The position numbers and the translations under genes are program-made. The notes under the pieces are model-generated. The model made no database searches and was not told the DNA's origin. It saw only the letters and a list, made by a program, of their open reading frames with translations. Below are positions 15,501 to 26,900 of a stretch of DNA of 64,000 nt, piece by piece (positions within the stretch are counted from its first letter, which is position 1; each line of letters starts with the position of its first letter). Where the stretch lies: contig OZ059899.1 in assembly GCA_964057225.1 (NCBI GenBank), positions 6,386,001 to 6,450,000 on the forward strand, written 5' to 3'. Source of the stretch: Auanema rhodensis (taxonomy: Eukaryota > Animalia > Nematoda).

Positions 15501-18100
15501 GACGACGTTCATCTCATTCTTTTCACCAGCATCGCCTTCTTCATCCTTCTATTCTCCTGTCCTTCCCATCATCCGACTTTAGATTCGTTTTTTCCAATAT
15601 TCAAATGGACGCTTCATTTCAGTTCTATAGCTTGATCTCTTACAAGTGTGAACACACTAACTATATTTCATTTTTCTAAATATACTTTGTAGTTTTATTC
15701 TTTCTTTTTCAATATTTTTTTCTAATCTTATACGTATAAATAGATGTATATATATATATTTATGATGAAATAATATGTAGTTTGACATTTTTTTGAATTA
15801 ATATAGACATCATTTGATTTGTTATCGTTTAATAACATATCATTCTAAAATAAGAATTATTGTTGAGATGTATATACTACATGATTATGATTTCATTTTC
15901 AAATCATCTTCGCAAAAGCTTATTATTAGAATTCTAACTTGAATTTCTTATAATTGAATAGCAGTTAGATGCAATTAACACAGTTTACGTGTCATATGAT
16001 GCTCAAAATATTTTTTTTTCATTTTTCTTTTAATATGCCTGATTAGTGGTTGCTTTTTTCATCGAATTATTTCCTATTCACCTTTTTTTTATCTTTTATG
16101 ATTTATTGATGTACATGCAGCATTTTCTTCTTTTCTTACGAATGATTGTTGTTTCGTATTTAAAAATTTTATTCTTTATTACATTTCCATTTTATAGAGA
16201 AATGTCACAATGCCTGCATGGATCAAATGAAGATAAAATCGTATGTAACCTATTCTGGCACATCCATTTTTCTGCTCAACAATCATATTATTCTTCTTCA
16301 TGTTTTTTTTCTAATTTTTGAACAAAAGTGTCTGTTCGGGATTTATTACACGAATCATGAATACGTTTTTCATATGAATCAAATATTTATCTTTCAAATG
16401 ATTTCAAAAAATTTTTATAATAATGAAAAAAAAAGATATTTCCCAAGTTTTCTATGAAAACGTCTTGAACAAGATCAAATTATGACGAAAAGAATCATTC
16501 CCAATAATATTTTTTTTCAATTATCTATAAGTTAAACATCACAATTTTCTACTTATAATTGATTCCATTGAATGAGTCAATCATGAAGAACTAGAACATA
16601 ACTCTGGAAGAACATGTGAATTCAACCACAAATCAACTTGAACACCTCTTCATAATGTTTTGTAAAATTTTCATAATTGTTATTCTTTTTTTGTTCGTTA
16701 AAAAATTTTTTTTAAAAATAATTAATAGTTTGATTAAGATTTTTTTTTGGATAAAATTATATATAATCATATTATGCAAAAGATAATTTTTAATACAACA
16801 TTTGTAATATTATACATATTATTTATAACATATATATAATATTATTTTTAAAACATTCTGATTATTCTGAACTATTAAGCTGAGTTATGTCTTTTTTTAT
16901 AATCCAATATTAGTATTAACTATATATCTAGATCTTAATCTGCTAATCACAAACATTCATCGAATATAAGCGTAGTTTAGAAAGTGATACTCAGTTTTAT
17001 ATTGATTGTTCTATTAATATTTATAGAACACTGCTCATTTTTTATTCTTTTTATCTTCTTCAAAATATTTTTTTTTCATTATTTTCGCATTATTTTTATA
17101 TTACATTGAATTATATAATATATTTAGAGGAAAAACATGCAATATACTTATGTTTTTTCTTTACTTGAATTATCGATTTTTTCATATTTTCACGTAAAAG
17201 TTTTGACGTATGTTATTTCGGAGATGTTTGGTATAAATATAGAAGAAACTTAATTTAATTTATAGCAAGTAACTGAGCGGGAACGGTCGTTCACTCATTT
17301 TTGTCTCACTTGTCTACTCTACATACTTTAGTTGTCATGTTTCTCTAGCTATAGTTTCTACATTCTCTTGGATTTATAAATCTCCAACACAGCCTCACTG
17401 CTGCCTTTCGGCAAGTTTTGCTTGTTCATTCTTCATTACCATTTAGTCAACCGGTTCGCAAGAAAGTCTTCCTCCGCCGAAACATTGAAGAAATTTCTTC
17501 AGTCTCTTTCTCCTCCCCCATATACATATAAACCTCTTCCTTCTTAGCTTCAATTTCTTCGTTCCTTTTTTCTGTGTTTTCTCTGCCTCTCTATTTCTAA
17601 ATCTGCTACTTGTTCGCAATAAACAGCTTCTTTACCCGAACGAGAAGTCTTTTGAGTTTTCTTTATTCTATTCTTCTCAGAGCTGTGTAAGAACGGTTGT
17701 GTATATTAGAATAATTTTGTTATATTTCCTATGATTTGTTCTCATTATCATCTATTTTCTATTTTGAACTTTTACTTATGCATGATACACGAATATATGG
17801 ATTATTGTACCTGATTGTACATATTGTCTCAGTCTCTAACCTTCACTTGAAAGTTTTCTTTCATTCACGTGCTTTTTACTGACCCAATCAGTTTTCAGTT
17901 TTGCAGTCAATTAGTGTTTTTTTTCGAATTCAGTTATTTTTCTACCAAATATCCTTCTATTTTTGGTTTTAAATACAGGCTCAAATTCTATTTATTATTT
18001 CTTTCTTTCTTCACTTCCTAATATACATCTTCATATAAAAATATATGATATAACATGATATAATATATATTTTCATATGAAATGTTTCGTATTTCATTAG

Positions 18101-18173
18101 GTGTTCTGATCTTGTCAAATAATGAGAGACACGCGACACAGATCAAGTTTAACGAATTTTTTCACGGCTTGAG
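18101..18173 (+). other. Candidate upstream exon of the FNDC3 gene
   Basis: TTTCATTAG acceptor and GAG|GTACGA donor. One frame is open and ends in phase 2, joining in frame to the acceptor at 23957. Confidence 0.35.
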
Positions 18174-19216
18174 GTACGAGATTCTCTGACGAATAATAAA
18201 TATCATTGCTGGTTACATAAGGCTATTCCAAATAGTTTTATTTCCATTTAATATCAATTCATTCACACATTTCTCTCAATGAATCTGGTGATAATATTTC
18301 CTTTATCTTCCATCTTTATTCAATATTATCTCAAATCTCGATATTCATATGGTGCCACGTTGTGGAACTGTATATAAGCCTCTTTTTATCATTTTTTGCT
18401 TCAAATGGCCATTACTACTAAACCATAGAATATATTATAGAATTGTCAAACCATATTTACTGTATCTAAACATTATCTATATATTCACACTATTCTATGA
18501 TTTAATGATGTTCCGGTTCGTTCCTCCTCTTTTTACTCTATGATCTATGCTCAGATGGTTTTGAATTGTTAGTTTGGATTATTTTTTTTTAATTTTTAAA
18601 CTAGTTTGCCTATTCCTTGATTAAGTCTTTTTATCTTCATGCCTCGTCTTCAAAAAAAAAATCAGATAAATCTGCTCAGCTTCACAATCACTCTTCCTCA
18701 TTAATTTAGTAATTTAGAGAAATCAGATATCATTTCATGCAACATGTAGTAGATCCTTTCCGTTTCTAATATTCTTTTTACATTTATTATTTAATTTTCA
18801 AACACTTTCTTTTATTATCATATAAAAATATTAATTTCTCTTTTTCTCATGTTTTGATAAGGTTAGTTCTGTTTTAATCTACAATATCTATTTTCTCAGA
18901 CAATCTTTTTGCCTTTCATGTTCTCTTTGTATGTTGTCTTCTCTTTTCTGTCTCATCGACTATATTTCTTTTCTTTTCCAAATATATTGTTTGTCAACTT
19001 ATTGAATATATCATCCTATGGGTTTTTTTCCTTTTTTGTCATCTACAGATATTCATCAACTGCCTTGATTATTCAGCCGTTCAAATGTTCCAATTTTTGT
19101 GCGCACAGATTGAATGAAAACGAACAAAAATTTTTTTTATATGTCTGATCAACATTCATTTAATTATTTTGACTGGTATTTTTCTATTATACACCCAAAA
19201 ATGAAATTTTTTTTAA

Positions 19217-19219
<3 letters not shown>

Positions 19220-19247
<28 letters not shown>
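19220..19247. repeat. (TA)n microsatellite
   Basis: Perfect TA run. Confidence 0.93.
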
Positions 19248-19252
<5 letters not shown>

Positions 19253-21546
19253 TGTTTATTATATCTTATAACTTATGATTATGCTCTAGCTATTCATATA
19301 TCGGCTCTATTATATTCATATCTCTATTTCGATGCGTTTGACGCAGTTTTATATAGATTCATCCTCACATTTTTTATAGTTCCATTTCATTTGATGAAGA
19401 GACTGGTAGTGCAGACTAAGTTTTAAGAAAATATTAATTAGATTTTCTTTAATATACTGAAGGTTTAAAGAATAATTGGAAAGAGGGAATAGTTACTGAT
19501 TCCATTTAGACGCCTTCAGCAGGTTCTGTATTCAGTTCTACTTCTCTCGTCTTTGTATTGAGTCTACCGCTGTCGATCATGTTAGCCTCTTCATCTTCTT
19601 TTCCTTTTTTTGACAGAATATTCCTGAACCTGTTCTCTTCACAAAAGGCTTAGAATGAAAACAATTCGTATTTCAGAGCAGTTGCGAATTGACTAAGACA
19701 TTGTCGTCACTATTCAGGAGTGACAGCATTGAAGTAACAGAAAAAGTTTCATAAGCTGATTGACGTACTATCTTATAGTCTTTCATCTTATAAGTTTTGA
19801 CTATAAAATTTTGAACATTGCCGGCAATGAACATATGTACTACATGTTAAGAAAATTTTTCTTCATAACAACTAGACTTGTGCTTAAATCCAAAAAACAT
19901 CTGTATGGAAATCATTTGATATACATAGAGATGTCATCTAAACGCGTTCAGTTCAAGAGAGAGAGAAGAAAATTGAATAAATTCAATCAATCCATTTGTT
20001 TAGATAAAATAAACAATTACATTTGATTTCGATCGTTGGCCTTACATATGGGCTCAGTTAAAAAACCTGAATATTGATATACAGAACGAGCAATCGAGCA
20101 ATATCCAATATATGGAAGAGTGTAAGAGAGAAAGAGGAAATCATATAGTAAAAGGAAGAGAAAGAAAAATAAGAGAAGATAGATAAATATTAAAAGAACT
20201 GCAGATATCTGACCTGATAAAGTACCATATTCAGATTACTTTGAAAGCTATCCAATTCCAACCTATTACTCTTATTATAAATAGATTGAATATTAGTATT
20301 ATTAACAAATATATACAACTAGATAAAAATTGATAAAAAAGAATAGCATCATTTGTATATTTTGATGCTTATCTTAGTTACGACATACTTCATAACATTC
20401 TCTTTTCTCGTTTTGCAGCCCATAGTTTTTTTTTCTCTTTCTTCCTTTATTTTTTTCTCTCAGTTTTCAGCATAGTTCTTAGAATTTGTTTGTAGCTCAT
20501 GTCAAAAGCCAACTTCATAGTTCATTCGTTATGACTTCATGAGGTTGGGATCTCATGTGTTATTCTGCTGGCCGTAGAGCCCAGTCTCATTTGGGTGGGT
20601 GTAGGGGCGGAGCATTGGATCAGAAAGCTAGCCGATGATGACGAACGTGTGGGCCGCAGGCAGCTATGGTACTTAGGATTCTTGTTCACGTTGACAGAGA
20701 GTTTGTAGCTTGATATGGTGCTGTTGCATTTTCACTCGTCATCGTGTTTATCGTCATTCTACTGATCATCATAGAAGATGTCAATTTCAGTTTAACAGTT
20801 GCATTGTCAATGATGTCTTCAACATTATAAAATGAGAAATATAAAGAAGGCAGCAATATTATTGAGATGTGAAGAGTATATATATGATGTCACACGATCT
20901 TCTCAATTATTGGTTTGTGTATTTTTCCATAAAAATATCTTTAGAATCTGGAAAATAAGATTTCCTATTCAACTAATTCATATAATTTTGCGAATTCTTT
21001 AAAAAAATTTCTTTTTATTGTTTATTTTTTTCATCAATGATCAGAAATGATGATTTTTGTTGTTTGATTTACGTATATTTCTACATATATATATGCTATA
21101 TAGTATTTATGCTAATTATATTATAATATACATAGTATATGATACATATTAACATTAATATTAATATTAATATTTAAATTAATAACATATAATATGCTTT
21201 ATCTTTTAAAGTAAGATGATTTGTAATATATGTGTCTACGTGTACGAATGCAGCTGTTCTATACGACCTCACGTGAGAAAATATGATTCCCAACTGAATG
21301 AATATGAAGTTCGTTCAGAAGGATTGGCATACCACGTACCACGTTATATTTGCATATCATGATGTTCGCGCTCATTCATTAACTGCATGACAAATCGATT
21401 CTAATTGAATTGACGTTTTGCTCTTATGAATTTCCATTTGAAATCCATTTTTCTTATTTTGTGGTTATTTTCTATTATTTTCAAATTTTGTATCATGATC
21501 TAACTACTTTCCATAAGCTTTCTTTTTATTTCTCCTACACCTCCTA

Positions 21547-21564
21547 CCCCCCCCCCCCCCCCCC
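21547..21564. repeat. C18 homopolymer (G-tract on minus strand)
   Basis: 18 consecutive C. Confidence 0.95.
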
Positions 21565-23970
21565 TCTCTCTCTCTCGTTCTCTTTTTATTTTTCTCTGAT
21601 TCTTTTAAATTTCTATTCTTCAACCTCTACTCTCTTTATTCTCCTCGCCAAACCACCCTCTTCGCTTTTGCCAGTCTTTCTTATACGTCAAAGAACATAT
21701 CACGATACATTCCACATTTGAAAGCCTTCTCCCTTCTTATTCTCTCTCTCTTCTGTTTTTTCTCTGACATTCTCTCTCTCCATCTTGAAAATAGTGTCTC
21801 TTCCCCCTTCTCTCCATCTTTATTCCATTTTGCTCTTTGTTGTTGTAGCTGTATGGGTGAATTATTTTGGATAGCCATATAGCACCACAACATCAGCTCA
21901 AAGTGAATCAGATGTAAATTGATTGACTATATCGTCGAAACTTACACTACTGGATAGACTAAGTAGTTCTGTGAAGAACGTACAACTTAATTCAATTGCG
22001 TTTTCGTATTTACTCTGTGCCAATCAAGTCCAACTTCTTTATTCTTTAAAAAAAAGGATTTCTTTTGTGAATTTATTGTGGATATGTTGTTGTTTTAATC
22101 TTTTGATTCCATAAATAAACAGAGCACAGAAGTATAAGAAAAAAAAGTAGATATGATAAATTCTTCTATAATGCTCATACTAATCTTCTTTTTATTCAAG
22201 TTGTTAAATGAAGTTAGTTTATAACATCTCGCTCACTAATTTGAATTTACTTCCTTTGATAATTGAGGTTAGCGAGATATTTTTCTCGCTTTTCCTTCTG
22301 ATATTCTCTGTCACAACGTCATCTGATCATTCTATGTTTCTTATTTCGTTTCATTTTCTTTCGTTCTTTCTCTTCTGTTTTCTCATTATCTGCTGGGCTT
22401 CTTTGAATCTTTCATCGACACATTCGTGTATGTCCTCTCTTCCCCCTCCTATTTTATCTCATCTCTCTACTTCCTTACTCTTTCTTCTTCTTTGTCGTCT
22501 TGTTCTTTTCCCGTCTTACTTAACATCCATTGCTCTTAGGACTTACAATCGACCAATTAAGTCAGAAGGCATGTGGAAGTTGTGTCAATTTTCAAAGAAA
22601 CTTATTTTAATTAAATAATGTTTATCATGTGTACGTTTTGACTAATAGTTTAAGATATTTTTCAATCTTATAACATTCTGAAAATCAAGTAAGTCATTCA
22701 GTAAAGATGAATTACTTAAAACAGGAAATTGTCAATTTATATCCCTCTCCTCACCATCTGCAATGTTTGAATGTTTTAACTTTCTCGCATTATTTGGAAA
22801 ACCATCAACCACGAATGCTTCATCACAAGAACCATGTGACCATCAGAAGCTGACGACGTCGTTGTCGTCTGCAACAGTAAGCTCCTCCTCCTCCTGTCTG
22901 TCTGATCTCTGCATTCATCTTAATCTAACGTATTCTCTCATGGCTTCTCTGCTTTCCCTATTTCCATTTCCATGCTGTTTTCGAAGCAAAAGAAAGAGAG
23001 AACGAGCGGAAGAAAGAGAGGGTGAGAAGAGAAGAGAAATAGAAAAAGAAGGAGAGAGGCTGAGTTTGTTGCCACTAGTCTGCTCTCCACTTGTTTTTGT
23101 CATGACGTCATTCGGACTACTGAAGGCTCTGTTGGAGGTATTGAGGTTTAAAACACCCGGAGCAAGTTTCATGTCATGATATAATGCTCACTTGACTATT
23201 TTACCTCTTTCAATACCAAATGCTATTTCAGCCTTTTCAATACTTGTGTTTAGTCGTTTCCTCGAACCCCTTAATAAATTTCAATACAATGGATCAGGGA
23301 TTCATTGACGACGTCACTTTCAATACAGCTTCATCAGATCTTTGAATCTAAACTACAGTTGTTTGACTTTTGCAGAAATGTCAATTTCTAATTTCAGCAA
23401 TAATTTCTGTCTCTTTTTTTATTCAATATCTCAAACAAAACTATCATTACATTTATTATTTCTTCCTCGTTTTTTTATCTCATTGGTATCTACATATATA
23501 TTTTTTTGTTTTTTTTCCATCACATGAGCAAAGAAAAATCGAAAAAAAAAAGATTTTTTCGAGAAGATTTCTCTTGTGAACATCTTTCAAAGGTGTTAGC
23601 AATTATACTTCTTTATTTTTGCCTCTCATGCAAATGTATTTTCAGCATACTCATTTCTTTTTCGTTTATATGTTTTGCTCGTGTTTCCTTTTTTATTTTT
23701 AATTTTCTAAATTATTTTTTCTAATCATGTAAACTGAACAGTAAAGCTGTTGCTCAACTTTTTTCTTCAACATTTCATTTTAACTAAGACATAGTAGAAA
23801 AAAGTTAGAGTATTGATTTTTTTCCAAATGTTTCTTGTCCATTTGATATAAGCACATGTAGTTTGTTTCTTTTTTTTTTATTATTTTCTATCAGATATCG
23901 TTTATATATTTTGTATTTCACAAAGAAAAGAAATGTTTTACTTTTTATTTCTTGCAGACCGTATGGCTTG

Positions 23971-26900
23971 ATGGCCACATTCGCTACACGTTTGTCAAGT
24001 GGTGCTCCCACTTTCGTTCCGAGAAGTCATCTCGCACCGAATTATCCTGAGCCTGCCACAGCTTCTACAGTTACGGTCACCTCAAACACCAATAATAATA
24101 CAAATAACAATAATATTAATAATAATAATACTATTAATACCTGCCAGCAGGACAGCGACTGTGGAAGCAGGTTAGTAAGCTGCTATATCCATATTCAAAC
24201 ATAATTTTTCCTCATGTTTATCATATCCAATATAAATTAATTTTTGCCTTTGCTTTCTTAATATTTCAAAAAATATTAATACTAAAATTCTCACCAAAAA
24301 TACTTAAGGTTTACGTGCAGTAAAATTATGCTAATGTGTCACGTGAATTTGATTTATTTTTATTTTATATAAAATAAGAATGGTTGCGCTACTATTTTTT
24401 CTCTTTTTCTACTCTTATTATCCTATTTTTGGCACAGTTTTTCATTATCATGATGATGAATTAACTGAAAATGTGCTTGTCTGAATAATAGATCGACAGA
24501 TGGCATCACGTTTCGAGAATTTCTATTATTTTTTTCAATAAAAAAAAACTTTGAACGACAAGCAAAAAATACCAAATTGGTGCTTATTGATGATTACTTT
24601 TTGTTTTTATCTAATTTTTAAACTTTTCTTCTTATACAACACTTTCAAATGTAATTTTGTTGTATAAACGTTATGAATTTTTGACAATTGTTTGGTTCCT
24701 TATTCCCTTGTGAATCACTATTATACACATAATGTTATAAACAAAAAATCATTTGCTCTTAATAATTCACAATCCTCATCTTTAATCTTCATATTCTTTA
24801 TTTTTTTTTGAAGCTCAAACTTTTGATGTAATCATAGAGAATTGTCAACGATTTTTTCTTATCATCAAATTATTATATTGCTACTAGTTTTGGAATATAA
24901 CATTTGTCATTTTTTTTTGTATCAGATTGACGAACAAGATAGCATTTCAACCTGATTTATGACTTTTCTGGAAGTTTGAAGCCTAAATTTCCTCTTCTTT
25001 TTAATAGAGCGAAGTAGCTGGTAGTACAAAAATTTCAAAGATTTAGTGCGCTACACCGTTTATCAAATTATATCCAAATATATGTATATGTATATTTCAA
25101 GTTCATTTAAAAAAAAATACACAGATCAGATATGTTTCTAAGTGAATCACTTTTCAGCTCAGGCTTGGGTGGCATGAAGACACAGGAAATGGCTTCAGAT
25201 GAAGGAGGGAGCTCATCATCCGAACCGCAGGTAGCTTTTTGTAATAAAAAATATATGATTGTTTAATATTATTGATTGTCTATGTTTCAATGGTTTTCAA
25301 AAAATTTTCAATTATCTTTGCTTATGTCAAAAAGTGACACAGATGATTTTTATTTTGGATTGCTATAATATTCCTGACTAATTCAATAGCATATGCTAAC
25401 GTCATGATTATTGCAATGAAATACGAAATAAATTTTTTTTGGTTTTCAAAAGAAACAAATTTAAGTTTTGGAATATAAAGATGATTTACACCCGAGTTTT
25501 ACACATATTAATATGGAGCTTTTCGTTTCAGCAAACACCATTTTATCAACGGCCAACCACTTTTCCTGCTACGATGCCCTGTTACCCAACCATGCCTATC
25601 CACCCTAATCTTCCGGTAAGTATCGAGATTTCTACTTCTCTGTAAAATAAGAGAAAATTGAACATAAAAATGTTTTTGCCTATATGTATATATTGAAACC
25701 ATAAGGTTTATATATACCAGATGACGTATAGAATATATTTTTTCATATAGTTCTCTCTTTATATTCTTTTCTTCTGTTATTTTAATAAAAAGCAATTTCT
25801 CATAGTATCTATTCAAAGTCAAAATAATAGATTATATAACTTAATTTCTTTAAATTTAGAACTGGCTACATCCGACACCTCCTGGAGCAAGTAATGATCT
25901 TTTTGTTCATGTTCAAGTTGGTGAAACACTATCGATTATAGTTGGAAGTGACGTTCAACATATAACTGGTATGTTAGCATTGAATAGTTTATTTTATTCT
26001 CTTTATTACTTTTTTATTATTATATCAGCTAATTCATCTTTAATATATAGGCCCAGCTACTGTTCGAATGGTTGGGGAAAGCGGAGTCTCGCCGTCAGCC
26101 TTACCTATTCATGTTCCACCTGGCCATATGGTTCATCAGATAGTAGATGATCAGGTTAGTCAGAAAAACATTGAATTTGAAACTTTTTTTTAATTACCAA
26201 AGTGTCCAAAAGAATATATATTTTTTTCACTGATCTACATAGATAAACAAATTTTCAAAATGACATTCTGAAAAATTTAAATTAAAATAATCTCTTTTCA
26301 TTTCTAGAATAAGGGTAAAGTATAGTAATATATAGAGAGAGGGAGAGAGGATAGGGATAGAAAGAGAAATAAAAGGTGACGAAAAGATTTTTTTCTGCTC
26401 TGGTACTGACTTTTATGCCATTTATAGCAAATGTATATATCTATGTGTATGTATGTGTGTGTGTGTGTGTCTGCCCACGCAAAGTGACGTTTACTGCCTT
26501 AGGACATTGGCAGCAAAAACATTTGAGCAATGAACAAGAGAGACATATAACTCTAGATCTGCTTGTTGAGCAAAGAAGCCAGAATATTGGTTTCAAAGTT
26601 GGTGTCAATACAAAGTATTCTATTGAGTACCTCAGTAATCCGAAATTCCATTTTGTTTAAGCAAAATTTTAAGTTCAACGAGGATACAACAATGCATATT
26701 ATATGAAAAAGGTTTGAATATAAACATAATGTATACAATTCAATCCGATAAAAACATTAAAAAATGAAAAAATCAGTGAAAAACTCAGGATGAATTTAAT
26801 CCGAACTTGGCATCTTCTCGGATGAAAAAGCCGGATGACGACTAGCAGCTGAGCTTTTGTTGAACAAATATATCAAATGGGAAAAATAAAAAAAAGCTGA

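Noticed and set aside
20635-20765. ATGATGA...CTGA, a possible C/D box snoRNA
   Set aside because: No clear terminal stem or recognisable rRNA guide, and both boxes are common words.
22763-23179. 138-aa ORF as a possible FNDC3 first exon
   Set aside because: Built from GA-rich low-complexity sequence; its best donor (GAG|GTATTG) is phase 0, out of frame with the 23957 acceptor.
211-23724. Many 60-150 aa ORFs rich in F/L/S/I in the ORF track
   Set aside because: These are translations of T-rich and CT-rich non-coding DNA, with no domains, no exon chains and frequent non-ATG starts.
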